Numbered from the stretch's first letter, positions 19,415 through 28,419 are shown. The stretch: 48,340 nt of DNA from Flavobacteriaceae bacterium (GCA_016649745.1 JAENXD010000001.1:1-48340); one strand, 5' to 3'. Numbers and translations are program-made. The notes: generated by a model not told the origin, from the letters alone.

Positions 19415-19786
19415 TTACGCTATAAATTTGGGAACATAAATAATTAAACCAATAATTATGGCAATTAATGCTGCAAAAAAGGCGGCGCCGGCTGAAATAT
19501 CTTTAATATGGCCAATTTGTTTATGATATTGTGGATGAACAAAATCCGCCAGCTTTTCAATAGCGGTATTTAATGATTCTGCTACCAAAATGAGTCCGAT
19601 TGCCATAACTTGGAATAGCCATTCGGCAGCAGAAATTTGCATTAAAAACCCAATACCGGTCATTATAATTGCAATGATGACTTGGGCTATGATACTGTGT
19701 TCAGAAGTAATTAGAATCCAAAAACCTTTAGCTGCATATTTAATTGCTTTTATTCGGTTTAGAAAAAAATTACCATTATTTTGCAT
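19415..19786 (-). CDS. dgkA: Diacylglycerol/undecaprenol kinase (DgkA family)
   Basis: ESLNTAIEKLAD and IKDISAGA motifs, 3 TM. Confidence 0.88.
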   Translation of the reverse strand: MQNNGNFFLNRIKAIKYAAKGFWILITSEHSIIAQVIIAIIMTGIGFLMQISAAEWLFQVMAIGLILVAESLNTAIEKLADFVHPQYHKQIGHIKDISAGAAFFAALIAIIIGLIIYVPKFIA

Positions 19787-19788
19787 TA

Positions 19789-20286
19789 TTAAAGTGCTTT
19801 TAAAGCAGCTTCATAATCAGGTTCATCAATAATTTCAGGAACTTGTTGGGTATAGGTAACAACACCTTCTTCGTTTATGATCACTACGGCTCTGGAATGT
19901 AATTTAGCCAAAGGTCCGTCTTCGATTGTTAAACCATAATTTTTGCCAAATTTTCCTTTGGCAAAATCGGATAGTGTAATCACGTTTTCTAAACCTTCAG
20001 CACCACAAAAACGTGCTTGAGCAAAAGGTAAATCGCGAGAAATACAAAGCACTTTCGTGTTTTCCAGTTCACTTGCTTCTTTGTTAAATCTTCTTACGGA
20101 AGCTGCGCAAGTGTCAGTATCTAAACTGGGAAAAATATTTAAAATTAGTTTTGAGCCTTTAAAATCGGCCAATTTTACTTTTGATAAATCAGATTTTATT
20201 AAGGTGAATTTTGGTGCTTTGCTTCCAACTTTCGGCAATTTTCCTATTGTTTTTATTGGATTGCCCTTTAATGTTATTTTAGTCAT
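19789..20286 (-). CDS. tpx: Thiol peroxidase
   Basis: FPSLDTDTCA and SRDLPFAQARFCGAEG motifs. Confidence 0.96.
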   Translation of the reverse strand: MTKITLKGNPIKTIGKLPKVGSKAPKFTLIKSDLSKVKLADFKGSKLILNIFPSLDTDTCAASVRRFNKEASELENTKVLCISRDLPFAQARFCGAEGLENVITLSDFAKGKFGKNYGLTIEDGPLAKLHSRAVVIINEEGVVTYTQQVPEIIDEPDYEAALKAL

Positions 20287-20311
20287 AATTCTTGTTTTTA
20301 ATTTTAAGTAC

Positions 20312-20319
20312 CAAAGTTA
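20312..20319 (-). promoter_or_regulatory. -7 promoter element for tpx
   Basis: TAACTTTG on the minus strand. Confidence 0.6.
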
Positions 20320-20357
20320 GTTTAAAAAGTTTGAAATTTAAAATTTAAATAATAAAA

Positions 20358-20384
20358 GTAGGGACAGGTTGCGACCTGTCCGTA
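20358..20384. repeat. GTAG-type REP palindrome
   Basis: GTAG-GGACAGGT-TGCG-ACCTGTCC-GTA. Confidence 0.75.
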
Positions 20385-20392
20385 TATTTAAA

Positions 20393-20517
20393 TTGCGTTA
20401 GCGATTGAGCCCTTCGGCTGCGCTCAGGGTAAACTATTTGTTTGAGCTCTTTTTTAGTGGTTTTTACCACTGAAAAAAGCGAGTAGTGAAAGCGCGACCT
20501 GAAAGGGAACGCCCAAA
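20393..20517 (+). ncRNA. Structured intergenic element resembling the Flavo-1 RNA motif, interrupted by a REP
   Basis: TTGCGTTAGCGATTG...GCTCTTTTTTAGTGGT/ACCACTGAAAAAAGCGAGT...GAAAGCGCGACC..GGGAACGCCC; family identity from memory, not verified. Confidence 0.45.
20410..20434. repeat. TGAGCG..CCGAA-loop REP-like hairpin
   Basis: CCCTTCGGCTGCGCTCAGGGTAAAC; relatives at 10446-10491, 34825-34846 and 45148-45193. Confidence 0.8.
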
Positions 20518-20681
20518 TTTCAGCCTCAGTTAAAATAAGGTTGTTTTTTTAATTTTGCCTATATTTTTTTAAAGTTTAAAAATGTTTATTGGTTTGGGAA
20601 TATGAATTTTATGGAAGATTTTACTTTTGCAGATTTTTAATGATGGTTAACTTTCAGGTAATTATTGCTGATTAATTTTTT

Positions 20682-20689
20682 TATATTTG
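20682..20689 (+). promoter_or_regulatory. -7 promoter element for the MATE gene
   Basis: TATATTTG 19 nt upstream of the TTG start. Confidence 0.6.
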
Positions 20690-20708
20690 CGCATCAAAAT
20701 AAATTTCA

Positions 20709-22067
20709 TTGAACCTTAAAAATTACACATCGGAGTTTAAGAAAAACATAAAATTGGCCACCCCAATTATGGTGGGATCTTTGGGGCATTTATTGGTTGG
20801 GTTAATTGATGATATTATGGTGGGAAGGTTGGGGCCTGTTGAATTGGCGGCATCTTCGCTTGGCAATAGTTTGGTTTTTATAGCCCTTTCCATTGGAATT
20901 GGTTTTTCTTTAGCTATTACGCCGTTAATAGCTGAGTCGGATGGAGAAGGTGATGTGGAAAAGGGGCGGGGAATTTTTCAGCATGGTGTAATTTTATCCG
21001 CTATTTTGGGAATTGTGATGGTTATCATGTTGCTCTTGTTGAAACCTGTTTTGTACCACTTAGACCAACCTGAAGAAGTGGTGATTTTGGCAATTCCATA
21101 TTATGAAATTGTGGCTTTATCAATGCTTCCTCTTTTGATTTTTCAAGGATTTAAACAGTTTGCGGATGGATTGTCGGAAACAAAATATTCCATGTATGCC
21201 ACTATAATTACCAATGTTGTAAATGTGGTTTTAAACTTTATGTTAATTTATGGCTTGTGGATTTTTCCAAGATTGGAATTGGTAGGTGCGGCTTTGGGGA
21301 CATTGATTTCCAGAATAGTTATGGTGGTTTTCCTTTTTCTTGTTTTGAAGAATAAACAAAAATTTGCGGTTTATATGAACCGACTAAAATTTAGGGAATT
21401 TAGAAGCAGCATATTTATAAAAATCACAAAATTAGGTTTACCAACAGCCTTGCAAATGCTTTTTGAAGTTGGATTGTTTTCGGCATCTGTTTTATTGGCA
21501 GGTACATTTGGCGCATTTCCACAGGCAGCAAATCAAATTGCAATAAAAATGTCTTCAACTACTTTTATGATTGCGGTTGGAATTGGCGCGGCAGCAACCA
21601 TTAGAGTCGGAAATCAAAAAGGATTGGGTAATTATTTGGAATTGCGGCGTATCGCTTTTTCAAACTTCTTTTTAATATTGATTGTAATGTCTATATTTAC
21701 AGTTGGATTTATTATGTTGAAAGATATTTTGCCGTGGATGTTTACCGATAATTTAGAAGTTATCGGAATTGCGTCTAGCCTTTTGATTATTGCAGCTATT
21801 TTTCAGTTGTCGGATGGCGTTCAAGCAGTTATTTTAGGTGCTTTACGCGGATTACAAGATGTAAATGTACCTTCTGTACTGACGTTTATTGCATATTGGA
21901 TTATTGGATTTCCGGTATGTATTTATTTTGGCAAAATTTTAGATATGGGTACCATTGGCATCTGGATTGGCTTGTTGACTGCTTTAACAAGTTCCGCAAT
22001 TATGTTGTTTTTAAGATTTAACTATTTATCGAAAAAATTAATACAAGAAAAACATGAACTTACCTAA
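20709..22067 (+). CDS. MATE-family efflux transporter (NorM-like)
   Basis: DDIMVGRLG, LGLPTALQ, RVGNQKG, FQLSDGVQ..GALRG; ~12 TM. Confidence 0.93.
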   Translation: MNLKNYTSEFKKNIKLATPIMVGSLGHLLVGLIDDIMVGRLGPVELAASSLGNSLVFIALSIGIGFSLAITPLIAESDGEGDVEKGRGIFQHGVILSAILGIVMVIMLLLLKPVLYHLDQPEEVVILAIPYYEIVALSMLPLLIFQGFKQFADGLSETKYSMYATIITNVVNVVLNFMLIYGLWIFPRLELVGAALGTLISRIVMVVFLFLVLKNKQKFAVYMNRLKFREFRSSIFIKITKLGLPTALQMLFEVGLFSASVLLAGTFGAFPQAANQIAIKMSSTTFMIAVGIGAAATIRVGNQKGLGNYLELRRIAFSNFFLILIVMSIFTVGFIMLKDILPWMFTDNLEVIGIASSLLIIAAIFQLSDGVQAVILGALRGLQDVNVPSVLTFIAYWIIGFPVCIYFGKILDMGTIGIWIGLLTALTSSAIMLFLRFNYLSKKLIQEKHELT

Positions 22068-22284
22068 ATTTTTATTGGGAGACAATACTGATCATATGGA
22101 TGCAATTTTTGTGGTGCATACTGAGTTTCCGAGATTTGTTATCAATTTGGTAGATGATGAAATTGAATGGTTTGAAGATTTGCAGGGAGATGACGAAGAG
22201 GAACTTGCCGAAATAGTTTCCGGTTTAATTGAAGAAGCCACTGCATTTTACGACATGGAAATGGAGCGTTATGAAACTGAATAA
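22054..22284 (+). CDS. Small acidic hypothetical protein
   Basis: 76 aa, LPKFLLGDN..FVVHTEFPRF; overlaps the MATE stop. Confidence 0.7.
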   Translation: MNLPKFLLGDNTDHMDAIFVVHTEFPRFVINLVDDEIEWFEDLQGDDEEELAEIVSGLIEEATAFYDMEMERYETE

Positions 22285-22319
22285 ATGGCCTTTTTTTAAC
22301 GAATAAATAGTCTAAAAAA

Positions 22320-24533
22320 CTATTTGTTTTTTTTTGTTTTTTTTGCAGACTCCACCAATTCAAGTTTGCTTAATGTGGTTTTTGTAGTAAAAAAACCGTA
22401 ATTTATAAAAGCATTATTTTTTTCTATCTTTTCAATTGTTCCGGTTGAATTTGATCCGGTAATTTTTATTTTATCATTGATTTTAAAAACGTAATCCGAT
22501 TTTTGTTTTGCCGTTTTTATAGCTTCCTTCTGTTGAGTTTCCCTTACTTTTACAACTTCAACCATCACTTCAATTTCTGTGGTTTTAAGTTTTTCTTGCT
22601 CTTGTTGTTTTTCAACCTTTATTTTTTCTTTTTTTGTGACCGGTTTTATCGAATTCTTTTTCAAAAATTTTGTTTTCTCATTTGCGAGCCAGTTGTTAAA
22701 AGCTGTGGTGAGCTCTTTTTTATTGTTTGTTTGAAAATATTTGTTCACCAGTTCATTAATTTTTCTTCCGTAAGCAAGCATTTTCTGATTGCTGTCATAT
22801 AATTCCTGAAAGTTTTCTAATTTCTCCTGAATTTTTTGTTGTTTCTCGGTTAAATTATCAGATTGTTCTATGGCTTTCGACTTTTCTTTTTCTAGTGTTT
22901 CAGAGGTTTTCTGCAATATGTTTCGCTCTTGCTGTAATTTTGAAATGGTTTTGTCTAACCTCACTTTTTCAACTTTTACCCGTTTTTTGGCCTTGTTGAT
23001 TAAACTAAACGGGATTCCGTTTTTTTGTGCAACTTCAAAAGTAAATGAACTTCCTGCCTGCCCAATAAACAATTTAAACAAAGGCAGCAGTGTTTTTTCG
23101 TCAAATTGCATGTTGGCATTCACCACATTTTCCAATTCACTTGCTAAAACTTTTAAATTGGCATAATGCGTTGTAATAATTCCGAATGCCTTTTTTTCGT
23201 AAAATTCTTCCAAAAATATTTCTGCCAGTGCACCGCCCAATTCGGGATCGCTTCCGGTTCCGAATTCATCAATTAAAAACAGGGTTCTGTCATTGCATTT
23301 ACGTAAAAAATCACGCATGTTTTTTAAACGATAACTGTAGGTGCTTAGTTGATTTTCAATGGATTGATTGTCGCCAATATCAGTCAGTATATTTTCAAAA
23401 AAACAAGTTTCCGATCGAAAATGAACAGGAATTAACAATCCGCTTTGCAGCATCACCTGTAGCAAACCAATGGTTTTAAGCGTAATACTTTTTCCGCCGG
23501 CATTAGGGCCGGAAATCACAATTATTTGCTGATGGGGATTTAATTCCAATGTTTGCGGATATGTTCCCAATCCTTTTTCCTTATTATTCAACAATAAAAT
23601 AGGGTGAAAGGCATCTTTTAAAAAAACCTTCTTTTCTGAAGAAATTTTAGGCAAACAGGCGTTAATTGTTGTTGCATATTTTGCTTTTGCCCCAATTACA
23701 TCAAGTTTTATGAGATATTTTTGATATTCAATTAAATCGGGAACAAATTCTCGTGTTGAATTGGTCAGTTCTTTTAGAATTCTTACAATTTCCTGATGCT
23801 CATCGTACGACAGGTTTTGTAATTCCCTGGCAAATTGCAACGTGGCTTCCGGAGCAATAAATACAATGCTTCCTGTTTTTGAAGTTCCCAGCAAACTACC
23901 TTTCACTTTTTTTCGATGCATCGCCTGCACAGCTAAAACACGCTGATTGTCGATAACGGATTCGCGTATTTCATCTAAATAACCAGCAGCGTTGCAATGA
24001 TTTAAAGCTTTATTAAAACTTGTGCCAATTTTGGAACGAATCGAATTAATTTCGCCGCGTAATTGTTTTAACAAAACTGAGGCATTTTCGTGCACTTCAG
24101 CAAAAGGCGTAATAATTGTGTTTATGTTTTCAACCAGTTCTTTTTGGGTTTCAATTTCTTCTGAAAATTTAAAAAGTGCGGGATAGATCATCTTAAATTT
24201 ATTAAAAAACTTAAGCAATTCAATAACTGTAGTCGCGTTGTTTGTTATTTTTAAAAAAGAAGCAGGTTCAAGGTAGCTATTTTCAATTTTTAAGAGGTGA
24301 ATTTCCTTCTGAATATCATCAAAATAATGACTTGGAATTCGGTTGTCATTTTCCAGTGAAGAAAAGTATTCATTTACTTTTAGCAATTCCGGAAGCAGTA
24401 TTTCTTTAGATTTTAAAGGTCTTATTTGTAGGGAAGCTTCCTTTCCTAATTCAGAAATACAATAGCTGCTTACCTTTTTTAAAACGGTAAAAAATTCTAA
24501 ATCTGTTAATGTTTTTTCTGAAATACTATTCAT
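22320..24533 (-). CDS. mutS2: MutS2-family ATPase lacking the Smr domain
   Basis: LEF start motif, SGPNAGGKS, DIGDNQSIENQLSTYS, DEFGTGSDP; start reassigned to ATG 24533. Confidence 0.92.
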   Translation of the reverse strand: MNSISEKTLTDLEFFTVLKKVSSYCISELGKEASLQIRPLKSKEILLPELLKVNEYFSSLENDNRIPSHYFDDIQKEIHLLKIENSYLEPASFLKITNNATTVIELLKFFNKFKMIYPALFKFSEEIETQKELVENINTIITPFAEVHENASVLLKQLRGEINSIRSKIGTSFNKALNHCNAAGYLDEIRESVIDNQRVLAVQAMHRKKVKGSLLGTSKTGSIVFIAPEATLQFARELQNLSYDEHQEIVRILKELTNSTREFVPDLIEYQKYLIKLDVIGAKAKYATTINACLPKISSEKKVFLKDAFHPILLLNNKEKGLGTYPQTLELNPHQQIIVISGPNAGGKSITLKTIGLLQVMLQSGLLIPVHFRSETCFFENILTDIGDNQSIENQLSTYSYRLKNMRDFLRKCNDRTLFLIDEFGTGSDPELGGALAEIFLEEFYEKKAFGIITTHYANLKVLASELENVVNANMQFDEKTLLPLFKLFIGQAGSSFTFEVAQKNGIPFSLINKAKKRVKVEKVRLDKTISKLQQERNILQKTSETLEKEKSKAIEQSDNLTEKQQKIQEKLENFQELYDSNQKMLAYGRKINELVNKYFQTNNKKELTTAFNNWLANEKTKFLKKNSIKPVTKKEKIKVEKQQEQEKLKTTEIEVMVEVVKVRETQQKEAIKTAKQKSDYVFKINDKIKITGSNSTGTIEKIEKNNAFINYGFFTTKTTLSKLELVESAKKTKKNK

Positions 24534-24542
24534 AAATTGCGT

Positions 24543-24568
24543 TACTTTTGAAAACTTAGACAAAAGTA
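24543..24568. promoter_or_regulatory. Overlapping face-to-face -7 elements for ung (+) and mutS2 (-)
   Basis: TACTTTTG on plus at 24543-24550 and TACTTTTG on minus at 24561-24568. Confidence 0.6.
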
Positions 24569-24591
24569 TAAATTAAAGACAAACATAAGCA

Positions 24592-25257
24592 GTGAATTTA
24601 AAAATTACCGACAGTTGGAAAAACATATTGCAAGCGGAGTTTGAAAAGCCTTATTTTGAGCAACTTATCAATTATGTAAAAGAAGAATATGCCATAAATA
24701 AGTGCTATCCTGAACCAAATCAAATTTTTGAAGCATTTAATTTATGCTCTTTTGAGGATCTTAAAGTCGTAATTATTGGTCAGGATCCTTATCACGGAGA
24801 AGGGCAGGCGCACGGATTGTGTTTTTCTGTAAATGAAGGGGTTGCACATCCGCCATCATTAAAAAATATTTTTAAGGAAATTGAGACCGATTTGGCAATT
24901 CCATATCCCGAAAGTGGAAATTTAGAGCGTTGGGCAAAAGAGGGCGTACTTTTATTGAATGCAACTTTAACGGTACAATCAAAAAATGCGGGTTCTCATC
25001 AAAATAAAGGGTGGGAACAATTTACGGATGCAGTCATTACAATTATTTCAGAAAAAAAGGAACATGTTATTTTTTTATTGTGGGGTGGTTATGCCAAAAA
25101 GAAAGGTAAAAAAATTGACCAAAAGAAGCATTGTGTACTCACATGCGGACATCCTTCTCCTTTAAGCGCAAACAGAGGGTATTGGTTTGGGAACAAACAT
25201 TTCAGCAAAACAAATAACTATTTGAAAAACAATTATTTACCGGTTATAAAATGGTGA
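24592..25257 (+). CDS. ung: Uracil-DNA glycosylase (family 1)
   Basis: GQDPYHG, PPSL, LLLN and HPSPLS motifs. Confidence 0.97.
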   Translation: MNLKITDSWKNILQAEFEKPYFEQLINYVKEEYAINKCYPEPNQIFEAFNLCSFEDLKVVIIGQDPYHGEGQAHGLCFSVNEGVAHPPSLKNIFKEIETDLAIPYPESGNLERWAKEGVLLLNATLTVQSKNAGSHQNKGWEQFTDAVITIISEKKEHVIFLLWGGYAKKKGKKIDQKKHCVLTCGHPSPLSANRGYWFGNKHFSKTNNYLKNNYLPVIKW

Positions 25258-25266
25258 TTAATATCA
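25255..25266. promoter_or_regulatory. Possible Crp/Fnr-family operator
   Basis: TGAT-TAAT-ATCA palindrome upstream of the next gene. Confidence 0.35.
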
Positions 25267-25317
25267 TATTGTATCTGTGTAATAATGGTTACTTTTACAA
25301 AAATTAAATTAAATAAA

Positions 25318-26034
25318 ATGAAAAATAAGATGAAATTATTTACAGTGCTTTTTAGCATCCTAATGTTGGTTAGTTGTAAGGATAAAGGAAACTATTCAAA
25401 AATAAATGACGAAACAACAGCCGCTAAATCAGATGTTCATAAAATTGTGGTGAAAGAATCTGTGGATGGCGGAACTTACACCTATTTAAATGTTGATGAA
25501 AATGGAAATACCTATTGGATGGCAATACCGAATACACAGGTTAAAGTAGGCGATATTTATTATTATGACGGTGGTATGTTGATGAAGGATTTTGAGAGTA
25601 AACAACTTGAAAAAACATTTGATGTAATAACTTTTGCTGAAGGTATAAGAACAACTGAAAAAACAGCTGAAAGTGATCAAGCCAATCCACATGTAAATGC
25701 AAATCCTGTATTTAATGTTGACGTAAAAATTGAGAAACCAAAAAACGGAACCTCTTTAGGAGAACTGCTTTCAGATAAAAAATCATTTTCTGGAAAATCT
25801 ATCATTGTTAAAGGAAAAGTGGTGAAGGTTAATAATGGTATTATGGATAAAAACTGGGTTCATATTGTAGATGGTACAAAGTTTGAAAATAAAGGGGATT
25901 TGACAATAACTACGAGTGAATTGGTTAAAGTTGGTGATACAGTAACCTTTAAAGGAAAGATAACTTTGGATAAAGATTTTGGAAAAGGTTATATTTATGC
26001 TATTCTACTTGAAGAAGGAGAATTGATTAAATAG
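25318..26034 (+). CDS. Lipoprotein with NrfJ-like and OB-fold-like domains
   Basis: Lipobox LVSC; ESVDGGTYTYL..YWMAIP..VKVGD..MKDFESKQLEKTFD; C-terminal VKGKVVKVN..NWVHI.DG..LDKDFG. Confidence 0.6.
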   Translation: MKNKMKLFTVLFSILMLVSCKDKGNYSKINDETTAAKSDVHKIVVKESVDGGTYTYLNVDENGNTYWMAIPNTQVKVGDIYYYDGGMLMKDFESKQLEKTFDVITFAEGIRTTEKTAESDQANPHVNANPVFNVDVKIEKPKNGTSLGELLSDKKSFSGKSIIVKGKVVKVNNGIMDKNWVHIVDGTKFENKGDLTITTSELVKVGDTVTFKGKITLDKDFGKGYIYAILLEEGELIK

Positions 26035-26063
26035 GAATTTAATATAATCGAAGCCAGATTGAA

Positions 26064-26149
26064 CAAAAAAAGTGCCGAAAGGCACTTTTTTCATACTAAC
26101 CAAACTTACTAAGAATGAAAACAAAGGTTACTACTAAGCTTTGTTACAT
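26064..26149 (-). ncRNA. Candidate sigma-54-dependent small RNA (~85 nt)
   Basis: Consensus -24/-12 promoter upstream, two hairpins carrying three UUAGUA motifs, intrinsic terminator, no ORF. Confidence 0.6.
26065..26091. terminator. Bidirectional terminator
   Basis: AAAAAAAGTGCC-GAAA-GGCACTTTTTT. Confidence 0.9.
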
Positions 26150-26159
26150 CTTATTTATG

Positions 26160-26175
26160 GCAATCCATGTGCCAA
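26160..26175 (-). promoter_or_regulatory. Sigma-54 (RpoN) promoter
   Basis: Minus strand TTGGCAC-ATGGA-TTGC matches TGGCAC-N5-TTGC exactly. Confidence 0.7.
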
Positions 26176-26281
26176 GATTAGTGATGTTTGGTTAATTTAT
26201 CGTTAAATCAGAAAAGTTAGAAAGTGAGCTTTTTGAAAGTTAAAAAACGAAGAACCAATAACCTAAAACTAAAAATTATTT

Positions 26282-27154
26282 CTATTCCAAATGTCGCTGT
26301 GCTTTATAAGAAGATCTGACTAAAGCGCCACTTTCAACATATTTAAAGCCCATTGTCAATCCTATTTCTTTATATTTAATAAATTGTTCGGGCGTAATAT
26401 ATTCAATCACGGGCAAGTGTTTTTTGCTTGGTTGTAAATATTGACCAATGGTTAAAACATCAACTTTGGCATTTGCCAAATCTTGCATAGTTTCTATTAC
26501 TTCATCCTCAGTTTCACCCAAACCAAGCATAATACCCGATTTAGTTCTGCGCTGTCCTTGATCTTTCATATATTTTAAAACTTCCAGACTGCGGTCATAT
26601 TTTGCCTGTATTCTCACTTCTCTCGTTAATCGTCTTACAGTTTCCAGATTATGGGAAATTATTTCAGGAGCAACCGCTAAAATTCGGTCAATATTGGTTT
26701 TATTTCCCTGAAAATCGGGAATTAGGGTTTCAAGCGTAGTGTTAGGATTGGCTCTTCTGATAGCATTAATAGTTTCAGACCAAATAATAGATCCGCCATC
26801 TTTTAAATCGTCTCGGTCAACAGAAGTGATTACGGCATGTTTAATTTTCATTAGCTTAATGGAGCGTGCCACTTTTTCCGGTTCTTCCCAATCAACAGTT
26901 TCAGGCCTGCCTGTTTTTACACCGCAAAATCCGCACGAACGTGTGCAGATATTTCCTAAAATCATAAAGGTAGCCGTACCTTCTGTCCAACACTCGCCCA
27001 TGTTCGGACAGCTTCCGCTGGTACAAATAGTGTTTAATTTATATTTATCTACTAAATTCCGTAATTCAGTATATTTTTTTCCAACTGGCAGTTTAACGCG
27101 CAACCATGTAGGTTTTTGAATTTTATTTGGCAATGAAGTGGTTTCTTGTGTCAT
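26282..27154 (-). CDS. lipA: Lipoyl synthase
   Basis: CTSGSCPNMGEC and CTRSCGFC clusters, RSSY; start reassigned to ATG 27154. Confidence 0.97.
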   Translation of the reverse strand: MTQETTSLPNKIQKPTWLRVKLPVGKKYTELRNLVDKYKLNTICTSGSCPNMGECWTEGTATFMILGNICTRSCGFCGVKTGRPETVDWEEPEKVARSIKLMKIKHAVITSVDRDDLKDGGSIIWSETINAIRRANPNTTLETLIPDFQGNKTNIDRILAVAPEIISHNLETVRRLTREVRIQAKYDRSLEVLKYMKDQGQRRTKSGIMLGLGETEDEVIETMQDLANAKVDVLTIGQYLQPSKKHLPVIEYITPEQFIKYKEIGLTMGFKYVESGALVRSSYKAQRHLE

Positions 27155-27173
27155 TTTAAATGAAAATAGATTG

Positions 27174-27181
27174 CAAAAATA
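27174..27181 (-). promoter_or_regulatory. -7 promoter element for lipA
   Basis: TATTTTTG on the minus strand. Confidence 0.55.
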
Positions 27182-27189
27182 CAAAGAAA

Positions 27190-28419
27190 TTATAAACTAT
27201 AAAGATACCAGGAACTAAAACCAATTAAAAACAAAATACCAAACCAACTCAGTATTTTTAGTTGCATTGAAGGTCGCCAAGCCTCGGGCGTATGTTTGCC
27301 GGAAATTAAAATATAATTCATGATGGCAAAAAAAGGTGCAGTTAAGAACGATAAAATTGTTGCGATTTTTACTAAGAAACCCATTTCCGACTTAAAGAAA
27401 ACCAGTATTGAAATGGTGCCAATTGCCAAAAAAACAATCCAAAACCAGTACATATTTTTATACGATTTATCGGTAAGTAAATCGAAAGCCTTTGTCATGG
27501 CCCTTGGTGATGCATCCAACGTAGTGATTGTAGTGCTAAACATAGTTGTGAAGGCAGCTGCAGCAATAAAAATATACATTTCCGGTCCTAAATTTTTAGT
27601 GTAAAGGGTGATGAGTTGTTCGGAAAATTGAACAGCACCTGAACTAAATGTTTCGCCGGAATTAAACATTACGATGGCACCTAATGCAACAAAGCAAATA
27701 CCCAGTACTATGGTGCTAAGAAATCCGATGTTAAAGTCAAAAATAGCCTGTTTTACTGTGAATTCATTGGATTTATCTTTTTGTTTTTCCAATGCCCAAA
27801 GCGATTGCCAAATAGAGACATCAAGGGGTGCTGGCATCCATCCTAAAAAAGCAATTAAAAATCCGACTTCAACAGTTCCTTTTGGAATAATTTGCACGAA
27901 ACTCAGTGCATTTGTAGCATTAATAGCCGCCACAATTAAAGCAATAACGGTACTTAATGTTAAGGTAATGACGATTAATTTCATCAATTTGTCGAGCAAA
28001 TTATAACGTCCAATAATTAATATAGTAAGGCAAATGAGCGTAATTATAATGCTCCAAATTACCGGATTTGTGGTAACTCCGAATAAATTTGCTGCCAACC
28101 CAGCTGTTACAACAGTTACTGCTGCCTGAATGGTGAACATTGTAGCCAGATTTAAAATAAAATAGGCAAGCAGTACACCCTTTCCCAGCCTTTTATACCC
28201 ATCCAATAAACTTTCGCCTGTTGCAGTGGCATATCTTGGACCAAACTGAAAAAAAGGATATTTTATAATATGAATTAAAACCAACGCCCAAACCAATCCG
28301 AAACCAAAATCGGCTCCTGCTCGAGTGGATTGCACCAAATGAGAAACTCCAATTGCAGCTCCGGCAAAAAGAATGCCCGGACCTAATTTTTTAAGCCAAT
28401 TGGATTTCTTTGAAATCAA
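27190..28419 (-). CDS. NRAMP-related (APC superfamily) membrane transporter
   Basis: LGPGILFAGAAIGVSHLVQSTRAGA, GWMPAPLD; ~11 TM. Confidence 0.75.
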   Translation of the reverse strand: MISKKSNWLKKLGPGILFAGAAIGVSHLVQSTRAGADFGFGLVWALVLIHIIKYPFFQFGPRYATATGESLLDGYKRLGKGVLLAYFILNLATMFTIQAAVTVVTAGLAANLFGVTTNPVIWSIIITLICLTILIIGRYNLLDKLMKLIVITLTLSTVIALIVAAINATNALSFVQIIPKGTVEVGFLIAFLGWMPAPLDVSIWQSLWALEKQKDKSNEFTVKQAIFDFNIGFLSTIVLGICFVALGAIVMFNSGETFSSGAVQFSEQLITLYTKNLGPEMYIFIAAAAFTTMFSTTITTLDASPRAMTKAFDLLTDKSYKNMYWFWIVFLAIGTISILVFFKSEMGFLVKIATILSFLTAPFFAIMNYILISGKHTPEAWRPSMQLKILSWFGILFLIGFSSWYLYSL

